DNA of 42,836 nt from a virus: IMG/VR virus record IMGVR_UViG_3300045988_108122, positions 1 to 42,836 of that record. One strand, given 5' to 3'. Position 1 is the first letter of the stretch. Every line of letters starts with the position of its first letter. The notes under the pieces are model-generated. The model ran no database searches, had not been told where the DNA came from, and saw nothing but the letters and a program-made list of their open reading frames with translations. Below, piece after piece: positions 23,034-31,779 of the stretch. The position numbers and the translations under genes were made by a program.

Positions 23034-23422
23034 TATAAAGTTACCTGGATGCCGTCAGTCATATAAGCAAAAACCTTGCCGCCCACAGCCTCACTAGCTG
23101 TGTAAACCAATCTAATATAACGATTACCATATTTGATTGGAGAAAAGAATTGTGCCACAGTACAAGCCCTTGTTTGAATCAAAGAATCAGGTACACTTAC
23201 CTCAACCTCATCAGCAGGACTATCAAACCCCTCAGTTGCAGCAGATTGTACTTTAACCTTAGTAATCTTGCCGGAAGTCATTGGTGTGGTCAGTTTTACG
23301 TCAAAGTACAGCGGATGCATAAACCCGCCTGTACTTCCTAAATCAATAACATTGCTGTTTGCGTTTGCGCCGGTAACGGCCTGATTCTCAGACAGCAATA
23401 ATTGAGCATCAATACGTGCCAT
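23033..23422 (-). CDS. Small capsid-associated (cement/decoration-like) protein (129 aa)
   Basis: The ATG at 23422 has an AGGAGG RBS. It lies immediately after the major capsid gene. Its size and N-terminus (DAQLLLSENQAVTGANANSNVIDLG) recall BPP-1 Bbp16-type proteins. This comparison is from memory, not a search. Confidence 0.55.
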   Translation of the reverse strand: MARIDAQLLLSENQAVTGANANSNVIDLGSTGGFMHPLYFDVKLTTPMTSGKITKVKVQSAATEGFDSPADEVEVSVPDSLIQTRACTVAQFFSPIKYGNRYIRLVYTASEAVGGKVFAYMTDGIQVTL

Positions 23423-23438
23423 TTTATATTCCTCCTTT

Positions 23439-24419
23439 TTAAACAAGCTGAGATTCAGTATTCAGAATAGCTGCGCAACGCTGGAACGGAACGCCCCAGA
23501 AATTAACAACAGGTTTTCCTTCAACTGTATCAATAGACAGCATAGTATTTTTGTCATTACGTGCAGCCTTAGCCATAAAAGCCTCAAACTGCTTATTGCA
23601 GAAGATCTGCAAATTGACATTATCAGGATTTTCAATCTGATAATAACCCTCGATCAATTTGTCGAAGATTGTAGTAGTAGCAGGATCTTTTAAATCAACA
23701 TTTGCCAAACGCACAACATAACGAGGATCTTTAACCGCAAGGCCCATGGACCAATTATATTTATTGGTATGAGCAAAGAATACCTCGCCTTTATCATTTG
23801 TTACTTTTTGTTTACCCAAATATTCATGAGTAAAGCCTGCGGTGTCGCCTTCTGGGAACAAGCCGTATACCTGCTGCTCTCCGAAGCCTACAAACCATAC
23901 AGAAGTAAGATTATCACCTGTGCCGCCGCAATCAATGATTTGGTCTGCCCAAATATCTTCCTGATTGGTCTTACTGTAAAAATAAGCGCCTAAACCAGTG
24001 AATCCTGCAGGGTTGATCTTCTCATCGCCATAGAAAAGCGTAGTCGCCATTTCTTGGTTCATTGCTTCAAGAAAAGCAGCATTCTCACTCATCATCCAAG
24101 AAGCCTGCATATTATTCTTTCGTGCAAGCTTTTCGTCGATTTCAGCCAGCGCTTCCATCTCGCCGCAAGTAAAAGATACTTGCTTAGTTTTAGACTTGCT
24201 CGGCTTAGTCCCGCGGTTAATCATTCTCCACGCTACTTCCGGCAAAGAATAACGCAATGTAGCTTCCTCATAGTCCTTAGAGTTACACATTTTGAACGGC
24301 AGAATTTTTAAAATCTTATTTGTTTTGGTTTGCAGTTCAATAATTCTTTGATACTTTTTGTCGAACCCTTGACGAGACGCAAAGTCTTGAAGGGTTGCGA
24401 AACCTGTCAAATCTGGCAT
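23439..24419 (-). CDS. Major capsid protein (326 aa)
   Basis: The call rests on its position after the scaffold gene, its size, a strong RBS and its composition. Confidence 0.8.
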   Translation of the reverse strand: MPDLTGFATLQDFASRQGFDKKYQRIIELQTKTNKILKILPFKMCNSKDYEEATLRYSLPEVAWRMINRGTKPSKSKTKQVSFTCGEMEALAEIDEKLARKNNMQASWMMSENAAFLEAMNQEMATTLFYGDEKINPAGFTGLGAYFYSKTNQEDIWADQIIDCGGTGDNLTSVWFVGFGEQQVYGLFPEGDTAGFTHEYLGKQKVTNDKGEVFFAHTNKYNWSMGLAVKDPRYVVRLANVDLKDPATTTIFDKLIEGYYQIENPDNVNLQIFCNKQFEAFMAKAARNDKNTMLSIDTVEGKPVVNFWGVPFQRCAAILNTESQLV

Positions 24420-24441
24420 TATTTACCACTCCTTAATATTT

Positions 24442-25080
24442 TTATTTGAACCCGCCGCCGGGGAAAAACAACTCGGCGTCGCCCAGTTCCTTAGATTTAG
24501 GTGCTTGCCCATCAGGCGGTTGGTCTTCCATAAGCAAGCCTCCAATGTTTTGCAGCATTTTTTGTATTGCCGGATGATTGGCTACACCTGTATTTACAAG
24601 TACCTGCATAGCCTCACCACCGCCAAAAGTATTAACAGCTAATTTAGCAGCAGCAATGTTCTCACGAGAAATAAGCCCCTGCTTTTGGCATTCAGCAGTC
24701 CAACCGTCTACAATTTCCTCCTGCTTATGCATAACGTCTAAAACTACTTTGCTATGCAAATCAATCAGCTTAGTAGCCTGCTCCTGAGTAAGCTTTGCAT
24801 CTTTAGCAATCGCTGTAAAATCAGCTTCCAGTTCTGGCGAAAGCTCCAGCCCTTCCTGTAGGTTGAACTCATATTTATCAGGAACAGCAGGCTCTTGCAC
24901 AGGATCATCAAATACATTTTTAGGTGTAGTTGCAGGGTCACCGTCACCTGCAGGCGTTGGCTCTCCACTCGGCTCAACTGCCGGAGCAGGTTCTGTTACA
25001 AAAGGGTCACCGGAAGGAGCAGGTTCACCGCCTCCACCAGCACCATCTGCTTCAAAAAACATTTGTGTAAACTTATTCAT
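24442..25080 (-). CDS. Scaffolding protein (212 aa)
   Basis: It has a Pro/Ala/Glu/Gly-rich N-terminus and a helical C-terminus, and lies between the portal and capsid genes. Confidence 0.7.
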   Translation of the reverse strand: MNKFTQMFFEADGAGGGGEPAPSGDPFVTEPAPAVEPSGEPTPAGDGDPATTPKNVFDDPVQEPAVPDKYEFNLQEGLELSPELEADFTAIAKDAKLTQEQATKLIDLHSKVVLDVMHKQEEIVDGWTAECQKQGLISRENIAAAKLAVNTFGGGEAMQVLVNTGVANHPAIQKMLQNIGGLLMEDQPPDGQAPKSKELGDAELFFPGGGFK

Positions 25081-25411
25081 GTCTTACCTCCGCTATGTCG
25101 TTATCTACTTTAAAAAGGTCATCATCTTCTAAATCAGGAGGGTGTCTAGCACTCTCTGCTTCATTACGCATCAGCATTTCTAAAGAATGTCCATCGTTCA
25201 GCATCCGGATATTCTTTAACAAATCAACGCCTACAGCACGTTTACCTGATAAGAAAGCATTGAAGTATGGCTCAGCTGAAAAAACCGCTGTTTCGACCTC
25301 TGTGCTTTCCAAAATGGCATAAATAAAACGCCGTCCGTTCTCGGTCCGCATAATAACGTCCAAGTCGTCCAGCGCTTGTTGTGCAAGCATATTCATTTTT
25401 TTATTTTTCAT
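25073..25411 (-). CDS. Head-module hypothetical protein (112 aa)
   Basis: It is an intact ORF coupled to the portal stop and lies upstream of the scaffold gene. Confidence 0.65.
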   Translation of the reverse strand: MKNKKMNMLAQQALDDLDVIMRTENGRRFIYAILESTEVETAVFSAEPYFNAFLSGKRAVGVDLLKNIRMLNDGHSLEMLMRNEAESARHPPDLEDDDLFKVDNDIAEVRHE

Positions 25412-27108
25412 TAAATCCCGCCTCCCAGCAATTGATCTAATGCATTGCCACCATTAGCAGGTGTTTCACTCATCAACCTGGCCGCATCAGCATAATCCCT
25501 AACAGCAGGCGCAGCAGCAGCCATCTGTTCAGCTTGCATTTGTTCCTGCTGTGCCTGAGCACGTTGTTTGCGAAGTTCAGCTACTTCGTTTTCATCACGC
25601 ACTATCTTTTCTTTGACACCGGTAGATTCTGCGAAACCTCGTACAGCTTCATCAAGATTGATGATATCAAGCACTTCAGGCTGAGCAGCAGCAAGATTAC
25701 CAACAAATCCAACTGTACGCTCAATAGCAGGTATTTCAACCATTTTCTGAGCCTGGGCCAAGATAGAAATGAAAGATACTTTTAATTCACTTTTGTCAAT
25801 CTCCTCCGGCATAGGCGGAAACAACCCATGTCTCAAACAAATATCAAAAGTGCGAAGCGTCATAGGTTCTAAAACTTCATTGTGCATTTGCTCAAGTACC
25901 GGGGACAACATCAGGAGCTTTTCTTCATGCCGCTCTGCAATCTCACGCGCAGTCATTTGCGGTCCGTCCTGAGATGTAATCATCATAAACAAATCATTAT
26001 AGAACGTTTCAGATATCGACTGCCGTTTCTCCAGAGACAAGGCTCCTATGCCTTCATAAGCCTTTGCTCTTGGGTCTACAAGTGGATAAGCCTGCTGTAC
26101 AGTTCCATCAGGATAAAAATTTAGTCCTCCTGGCATTCTGTCAAGCTTCTTCATTGAAGCAGGAAATGCCATCGCCGGATCTGCAGCATTATCAATAGCC
26201 CTAAGTTTATTCTTCTCAATCTTCTGTAGCTGCATACAATCGCCCAAAGCATTATGTCCAGGTCCAGAGCCATATACACCATTTGCAATCAAGGTCCAAC
26301 GCGGCATGAGGAACGGGCATTCCCTAAACCCTGATATCTTCAGGAATTTGTCATTAGCACCTTTTTCATAGTGATATGAGCGCCAGGGGAAATTGCCTAA
26401 AGCCAATTTGTTAGGATCATAATCATCATTACGCTCTATAAGCATTTCAATATCAAAGTATGTTGTGATATTTCCGTTCTTATAAGCAGATTTCACGCTT
26501 TCCGATACGTTATCAATAGCATATTCTTTAACGATTTGGTCTGCGCTTAACCTGAAGCGTCTAGCGAACGTATAAACTCTTCCCCTTGCATCTACACCGC
26601 CAGCATATTCACCGCAGGTGTACGGCCTCATCCATATGCCATAATTGTAATCTTCCAGCATCAGAGAAGCCCCTGTACCAAATTGAGCCATTTCAGCCTC
26701 AATCTGCTGCAGCATATTATAAGCATTGCTCTTAGAATAAATGCTGCTCATAATCTCCTGGCAATCATCTAACCACATCCTTACAGCGTGGTAATTAGCT
26801 TTTTCTTCATCTTGCAGACCAAGTTCAAACCAAGGCCTTGACGGCGATGTCAACCCGCTGTGGATACCAGCTGCACATTTACCAACTGCTTTTTGGGGAT
26901 GTGGGTCTATAAGGTATTCGTCACGTCTATGCCCTTCTGTGCTTTGGATATCTTCCTCAAACCTGCCCCTTGTCGGATTTATATACCGGCTAAGCATCCT
27001 CCACGTTGGCTCATATTGGCTGCGCAATGTATAAAGCTGGGAGATAGTATGTTGTTTTCGTGTTAATTTATCGCTGTCACGCAGCATATCTTTGATATCC
27101 ATAATCAT
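25411..27108 (-). CDS. Portal (head-tail connector) protein, podovirus type (565 aa)
   Basis: The call rests on its size, its position after terL and a Q/A-rich C-terminal tail. Confidence 0.8.
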   Translation of the reverse strand: MIMDIKDMLRDSDKLTRKQHTISQLYTLRSQYEPTWRMLSRYINPTRGRFEEDIQSTEGHRRDEYLIDPHPQKAVGKCAAGIHSGLTSPSRPWFELGLQDEEKANYHAVRMWLDDCQEIMSSIYSKSNAYNMLQQIEAEMAQFGTGASLMLEDYNYGIWMRPYTCGEYAGGVDARGRVYTFARRFRLSADQIVKEYAIDNVSESVKSAYKNGNITTYFDIEMLIERNDDYDPNKLALGNFPWRSYHYEKGANDKFLKISGFRECPFLMPRWTLIANGVYGSGPGHNALGDCMQLQKIEKNKLRAIDNAADPAMAFPASMKKLDRMPGGLNFYPDGTVQQAYPLVDPRAKAYEGIGALSLEKRQSISETFYNDLFMMITSQDGPQMTAREIAERHEEKLLMLSPVLEQMHNEVLEPMTLRTFDICLRHGLFPPMPEEIDKSELKVSFISILAQAQKMVEIPAIERTVGFVGNLAAAQPEVLDIINLDEAVRGFAESTGVKEKIVRDENEVAELRKQRAQAQQEQMQAEQMAAAAPAVRDYADAARLMSETPANGGNALDQLLGGGI

Positions 27109-27338
27109 TCTCCCAACAACATTTTCTTGACACTATCAGAGGTAAGCTGCCCACCAGTCTTATTGGTATAGCTTCTGCCACGAGCTTTAGAGAGTTTTTG
27201 AAGCAGGCTTTGTCTCTCTCCCTCTGTCGCACTATCAATAGTGGCCGCTGCTGTACTGCCAGGTGCACTTTGTTTTATAGGCTCAACACTGCCACCGCCA
27301 CCGCCACCACCGTGTAACTGCATCATAATCTTATGCAT
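27105..27338 (-). CDS. Small Gly-rich protein between terL and portal (77 aa)
   Basis: The ATG at 27338 has a GGGAGGTGA RBS. An ATGA overlap couples it to the portal start. Confidence 0.6.
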   Translation of the reverse strand: MHKIMMQLHGGGGGGGSVEPIKQSAPGSTAAATIDSATEGERQSLLQKLSKARGRSYTNKTGGQLTSDSVKKMLLGE

Positions 27339-27352
27339 AGTCTCACCTCCCT

Positions 27353-28675
27353 TCACATACCGGCAAACGGATCATACGACTGCTGCCTAACATCATCTGT
27401 ATCAATAGGTACATATAATGGTCTAGCAAAAGTAAGTACAAAAGCATCTGCCAAATCTGGGCTTCTACCAAGCTTTTCTTTTATTTCCTTTTTTGGTTTA
27501 AGCATAATTCGAGAAGTTTTATCAGAAAATTTATATTCGACAACGCTTAATTCACTTTTAAATTCAGGAATATCCGGAATAGCACCGCCGCTTAATAACC
27601 AATCCCGGGCCTTGAAATACATTTCAGCCCTTATATTTTCAAACCTATTATGTTCCATAGCGTTGCTGCCAAAAGCGACTTCATAAACATTGTCATAGCC
27701 AAGTTGTCTTAATCTATCAATCACACCGGCGCCCATATTACCTACATCGATGAATACTATTTCTGGTCGATAATCTGCAATTGCTAAGATTACTCTGTCA
27801 ACAACCTCTGTAACATTTAGCTCTCTATAAACTCTTGGCTTATGAAGCATTAGCCCTTGACGAGCAAAAATAACAGTACTGTCATCGCCATATCTCGCTA
27901 CATCCACACCTAAAACAGTTGGCATACCAATAACATCTCTAGAAACCAGCGTCCTATGTGCAGCCTCAGTTACAAGATCTATAGGTATTACAACTTCACT
28001 AGCAGAAGCAGTAAAATCACAATAAAGTTCTTGGCGAATCTCAATTTTTGTCATATCTTTCATCATTGATTTAAGCTCAGCTTCGTCCAGGACACCACTT
28101 TCATCAGCTCTATAAAGACAGGTAAACCATTCTTCGCTGCGTTGAGCTTTTTGGTATATCTCATAGAACTGATTCTGTCCTTTAGGCGTTCCGATGAAAT
28201 ATGCGAACCCCTTACGATCAGCTAATGCCGGACGTATTACCTCGCCCCATAGTTCAGGCTTTATTTGAGCGTATTCATCAAGGACAACACCGTCCCAGTA
28301 AGTACCGCGAAGAGCATCAGGTTTATCTGCGCCTATAATATATATCCTTGCCCCAACAGCATTTTTATGCTTTGACGGCAGTTCTATAAACAGATCGCTT
28401 TCATTGACCTTTCTTCCCGGAATTGCGCTTGTGTAATATTTCAAATAGTTCCAGGCAATCATCTTAGCTTGGTTTCTAAACGGTGCCACGTATGCGAACT
28501 GAGGACTTATAAGCGTATTCTTAATAGCGCTCTTACTCAATTCGTTTATCATTCCTACGGTCTTGCCATAACGTCTGTGCGCTACTATAACAGCAAAACG
28601 ATATTTATCAAGCGCAGGATGAATTACATCTTTCCAAAGAGGTCTTGGTTTGTATGGTATAGTTATTACTTTCAA
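27353..28675 (-). CDS. terL: Terminase large subunit
   Basis: The Walker A-like AHRRYGKT, GADKPDALRGTYWDGVVLDE (Walker B) and a C-terminal nuclease-like region are present. It is coupled to terS. Confidence 0.9.
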   Translation of the reverse strand: MKVITIPYKPRPLWKDVIHPALDKYRFAVIVAHRRYGKTVGMINELSKSAIKNTLISPQFAYVAPFRNQAKMIAWNYLKYYTSAIPGRKVNESDLFIELPSKHKNAVGARIYIIGADKPDALRGTYWDGVVLDEYAQIKPELWGEVIRPALADRKGFAYFIGTPKGQNQFYEIYQKAQRSEEWFTCLYRADESGVLDEAELKSMMKDMTKIEIRQELYCDFTASASEVVIPIDLVTEAAHRTLVSRDVIGMPTVLGVDVARYGDDSTVIFARQGLMLHKPRVYRELNVTEVVDRVILAIADYRPEIVFIDVGNMGAGVIDRLRQLGYDNVYEVAFGSNAMEHNRFENIRAEMYFKARDWLLSGGAIPDIPEFKSELSVVEYKFSDKTSRIMLKPKKEIKEKLGRSPDLADAFVLTFARPLYVPIDTDDVRQQSYDPFAGM

Positions 28676-29076
28676 CCGTCATCACCAGCCCAGCGGAATG
28701 TAATAGGTTCTCCATCTTTGCCGCTGACCTCACGTTTCTCAACAAACGCTGCTATTGATTTTCCGTATAGCTCAGATGCTTTAAGCCTATTATTCATACG
28801 CTCTTCTTTATCGTCTATCACTTCTAGCCAAAACTTCCTTAATTTGCTAAGTTCATCTATGATATCTTTCTGTTCATCTGCAATTTTTTCTTCAGTAACA
28901 GTTTGAAGCTCTGCTACCCTGTCAACAATGTGCGCCTTTGTTAACAGCCTTGACGCAGCCTGCCTAGCGCTTTTCGCTGAATAGCCTGCATCTTTGGCTG
29001 CCTGCTCTTGCGTTTTACCACCTACAGCCATAAGCCGACAAAACTTCTCCTGCCTTGGATCTTTTAATGCAGCCAT
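28672..29076 (-). CDS. terS: Terminase small subunit
   Basis: The N-terminal HTH (QEKFCRLMAVGGKTQEQAAKDAGYSAKSARQAASRLL) is typical of Terminase_2-type small subunits. Confidence 0.85.
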   Translation of the reverse strand: MAALKDPRQEKFCRLMAVGGKTQEQAAKDAGYSAKSARQAASRLLTKAHIVDRVAELQTVTEEKIADEQKDIIDELSKLRKFWLEVIDDKEERMNNRLKASELYGKSIAAFVEKREVSGKDGEPITFRWAGDDG

Positions 29077-29099
29077 CTCTCATCACCACCTTTGCAAAT

Positions 29100-29127
29100 A
29101 AAAAAGCACCTAACCGAAGTTAAGTGC
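29100..29127 (-). terminator. Intrinsic terminator with UUCG tetraloop (minus strand) 24 nt before the terS start
   Basis: The stem pairs 29106-29114 with 29119-29127. Its one mismatch is a G.U wobble only on the minus-strand RNA. A U-run follows. The flanks (CAAATAAAAAAGC...ATTAAGTT) are nearly identical to those of 7825-7852. Confidence 0.7.
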
Positions 29128-29214
29128 CTTTATATTAAGTTTTATGCTAAATTTCGATGTACATTACCGTATTTTATCGGTTTTTTAATGTCGAATTATT
29201 TATGTAGATTAAAT

Positions 29215-29303
29215 TGGCGGAAGGTACAAGACTTGAACTTGTAAGCCGATTGCTCGACTGACGCCTTAGCAGGGCGCTGCGTTACCGATTACGCCAACCT
29301 TCC
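29215..29303 (-). tRNA. tRNA-Ser (anticodon GCU), CCA encoded
   Basis: I folded the cloverleaf by hand. The acceptor GGAAGGT pairs with ACCTTCC, and the anticodon loop is CTGCTAA. It has a long variable arm, a T-arm ACAAG-TTCAAGT-CTTGT and discriminator G. Confidence 0.9.
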
Positions 29304-29306
29304 GTA

Positions 29307-29398
29307 TGGCGGAGCAGGTAGGATTCGAACCCACACAGCGTATCCCTACGCCCTATCAGTTTTCAAGACTGCTCTCTTAGCCGTTTGAGTACTGCTCC
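29307..29398 (-). tRNA. tRNA-Ser (anticodon UGA), CCA encoded
   Basis: The acceptor GGAGCAG pairs with CTGCTCC, and the anticodon loop is CTTGAAA. The long variable arm has a GCGTA/TACGC stem, the T-arm is GTGGG-TTCGAAT-CCTAC, and the discriminator is G. Confidence 0.85.
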
Positions 29399-29493
29399 AT
29401 TAATGCCGCTGAATTACCCCAACGGCAGGGTAATGTCCAAGCGCTAAGCTTGAACGTTTCACCAAGCTTGTTGTAAGCCTACTAACTTACAAT

Positions 29494-29532
29494 ACTATTT
29501 TAACTCATTAAAACAGGTAATATGTCGGAAAC
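29494..29532 (-). promoter_or_regulatory. Conserved late-leader box, copy 3 (GTTTCCGACA-N16-GAGTTAAAATAGT)
   Basis: It lies directly downstream of the RinA/ArpU-like gene and upstream of the tRNAs and terS. Block spacing is the same as at 7882 and 7973. Confidence 0.6.
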
Positions 29533-29536
29533 TTTT

Positions 29537-29980
29537 TTATTTTATCAAACCTTTTTTCAATGCCAAACCAACAGCATCTCGGAGAAACTCTTTACGGAAT
29601 TCATAACAGGTATCTCTATTTACACCGGTTAATTCTGCAATTATTTTCATCGGCTTCCTTTTTTCATATTTTTGATACATAACTTTACCAGTAAGCTGAT
29701 TCTCATGTATCTTATAGGTTTCTGCGACAACTTCAAGCCATAGCTCCGGGTTCATTATTATCGACTGATATGGTCCATATCCAAACGATATCATACGTAC
29801 TGGCTCAATGTTTTTTAATGCTGCTGTTTCTGTTGGATTACTGATAAAAGCATGACCCCCACCGCCCGTATGCCCTTTCCTTGCAGTACGCTGCTCTTTT
29901 TCTTCATCAACAACTTTTTGTATTTGCTTACGATCCCAAAAGTACCGCTCTACATGCTTAATATACTGTTCTATTAGCAT
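29537..29980 (-). CDS. Late-gene transcriptional activator, RinA/ArpU-like
   Basis: The call rests on its size, its position just upstream of terS, ISNPTETAALKNIEP and the C-terminal HTH (IIAELTGVNRDTCYEFRKEFL), which is typical of this Firmicute phage family. Confidence 0.7.
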   Translation of the reverse strand: MLIEQYIKHVERYFWDRKQIQKVVDEEKEQRTARKGHTGGGGHAFISNPTETAALKNIEPVRMISFGYGPYQSIIMNPELWLEVVAETYKIHENQLTGKVMYQKYEKRKPMKIIAELTGVNRDTCYEFRKEFLRDAVGLALKKGLIK

Positions 29981-29992
29981 ATCAGTCTCCTT

Positions 29993-30262
29993 CTAGCTTT
30001 GCTTTCTAAATCGCCTAAAATAATTCTTCCAAGGATTTATTCTGTCTTCTGCGAGTTGGCTCAAAATAGCCTCCTCAAACTCTTCGTGTTCATGTTCTCG
30101 AACAACCCAATATTCTTGTACCCATTCTCTCGTACCATCTGCACTTTCAAGTAAATATAAGATACCTTTAGAATCTAATTTAATACCAAGTACTTTACGT
30201 TCTCCCTTAGGCCCATGTACATTATCACCTATATTAAACTTGCTCTCTATTGTTAATAACAT
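29993..30262 (-). CDS. Hypothetical protein (89 aa)
   Basis: The ATG at 30262 has an AAGGTGAG RBS. Confidence 0.6.
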   Translation of the reverse strand: MLLTIESKFNIGDNVHGPKGERKVLGIKLDSKGILYLLESADGTREWVQEYWVVREHEHEEFEEAILSQLAEDRINPWKNYFRRFRKQS

Positions 30263-30395
30263 TTGTATCACTCACCTTGTTCAATTGATTTATTTTTAAA
30301 CCCAAACCCTTTGAAACTAATATAAACAAAAACGTTAATATCCAATGTTCATATACAAATTCAAATATCCATTTTATTAGATCAGGATAATTCAT
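30234..30395 (-). CDS. Small single-TM protein (53 aa)
   Basis: The ATG at 30395 has a GGAG RBS 7 nt upstream. It has a TM (HWILTFLFILVSKGLGL). It falls below the ORF-track cutoff. Confidence 0.4.
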   Translation of the reverse strand: MNYPDLIKWIFEFVYEHWILTFLFILVSKGLGLKINQLNKVSDTNVINNREQV

Positions 30396-30406
30396 GTCTT
30401 CACTCC

Positions 30407-30703
30407 TTAATCATTACATATAGCTTTACCGTCCATAATAGCCCCGCAGCAGGAACAGTATTTCATCCATGTGTTATCCCATGGATCAATAGCGCTATTA
30501 CAACAGCCGCATTTATACCAACTGCCTTCCTTTTTCCAGTAACTATGCTTACGTTCTTCTACAATAGGAGCTTCGTTTAAAATTTCTATCATTATTTTGG
30601 CAATCATCATAGAATCATAAGACCATTTTGGATTATTCATATCAGCCATTTTTTCTAATTTTGTTTTCAAAGCTTCTCTATCTATCAATTCCATATTATT
30701 CAC
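30407..30703 (-). CDS. Zinc-ribbon phage protein (98 aa), paralog of 30696-30977
   Basis: It shares the pattern LID...P.VEERKH.(Y/H)W...C..C...YC..CGA.MDG with its neighbour. Confidence 0.65.
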   Translation of the reverse strand: MNNMELIDREALKTKLEKMADMNNPKWSYDSMMIAKIMIEILNEAPIVEERKHSYWKKEGSWYKCGCCNSAIDPWDNTWMKYCSCCGAIMDGKAICND

Positions 30704-30977
30704 CGTCCATTTTTGCGCCGCAATTTGGGCAGTAATTTAATTCTGTATTTCCTTCCTCCCAATACATATCCCAAATACACTCGCTGCAAGCAATGATATT
30801 ATTATGTCTTACCCAATGCCCATGCTTACGTTCTTCTACTGTAGGTATTGTAACAAGACTATGAGCAGCACGTTTATAACCAATTCTAATACCGTTGAAA
30901 TACTCGTCGTAGGCGTGTATACCTTCACCTATTCTTAATAGCTCCGCTTTCGCCTTATCTGCATCAATTAATCTCAT
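30696..30977 (-). CDS. Zinc-ribbon phage protein (93 aa), paralog of 30407-30703
   Basis: It carries the same motif set, ending NYCPNCGAKMDGE. Confidence 0.65.
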   Translation of the reverse strand: MRLIDADKAKAELLRIGEGIHAYDEYFNGIRIGYKRAAHSLVTIPTVEERKHGHWVRHNNIIACSECIWDMYWEEGNTELNYCPNCGAKMDGE

Positions 30978-30995
30978 AATATATTCACCGTCCTC

Positions 30996-31295
30996 TCAAA
31001 TATCCATCGGGTCACAATTCTCGCTGTGGGCTATTTTCCAAAACCGTCTAGCACTTTCCATGTATCTATCCCATTCACGGTTTTGCCGTTCTTCAAAAAT
31101 TGCGACCATGAGCATTGCTGCAAACGGATCTATAACTGCACCGCATCGGTCGCAAAATATGAGATGATTTTCTTCATCTATGCAAAGTTGTGGTTTGACA
31201 TAATCAACACCATATTTATTATTTTCATAACATTTGCAGGCCGAAAAAAACTTCTTTTTCGATACCATGCCTACAAGACTTTTAATTTTCTCCAT
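30996..31295 (-). CDS. Cys-containing hypothetical protein (99 aa)
   Basis: It is an intact ORF with CDRCG and other Cys residues, coupled to its neighbours. Confidence 0.6.
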   Translation of the reverse strand: MEKIKSLVGMVSKKKFFSACKCYENNKYGVDYVKPQLCIDEENHLIFCDRCGAVIDPFAAMLMVAIFEERQNREWDRYMESARRFWKIAHSENCDPMDI

Positions 31296-31768
31296 TACTC
31301 CACCGCCTTTGCTAATTTAACGGGATATCGGCTCAAACTACGAATCATGTAGTGCATAAGCTCAACTTTACGGCCGATGTTTAGCGTCCTTTTCCTCGAT
31401 ATACGTTCCTGACTTATGTATTTCTGTCCAAAACAATCACCATACAAGAGAATTCCAATCCCCCTGGCTGTATGGTATTTCAATTCTTCTTTAACCGCTT
31501 CTCTCCGATAAAGTTCTGTTGGCAAAACGATGTAATTATAATCTCCGCAAAATGATAGCTTTGCCTTGCTTTTTAAGTCAGATAGACTAATTTTTATTTC
31601 ATAAGCCTGAAAGACGTTAGTACTATTCATTGTCATAAAATCAACATATTCATCACCATAACCAGCCCCCAGGCAAACTTCATAGCACCCATACACGCCG
31701 GCCTGATCAGCTTTGGTATAATACAACAGCGCTTTTTTTATTTCTTTCGTCAGTTCCGTTTCAGCCAT
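31295..31768 (-). CDS. PD-(D/E)xK-type nuclease superfamily protein (MmcB-like), 157 aa
   Basis: YVDFMTM...QAYEIKISLSDLK fits the D...E-x-K catalytic arrangement. Confidence 0.5.
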   Translation of the reverse strand: MAETELTKEIKKALLYYTKADQAGVYGCYEVCLGAGYGDEYVDFMTMNSTNVFQAYEIKISLSDLKSKAKLSFCGDYNYIVLPTELYRREAVKEELKYHTARGIGILLYGDCFGQKYISQERISRKRTLNIGRKVELMHYMIRSLSRYPVKLAKAVE

Positions 31769-31779
31769 TTCAAAATCTC

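Noticed and set aside
24578-25132. Alternative-frame and antisense ORFs across the scaffold gene (24578-24787, 24765-24977, 24863-25132, 24895-25113)
   Set aside because: They arise in the GC-richer Pro/Ala/Gly-coding N-terminal region, where stops are rare. None has a start context, and they conflict with the well-placed scaffold ORF.
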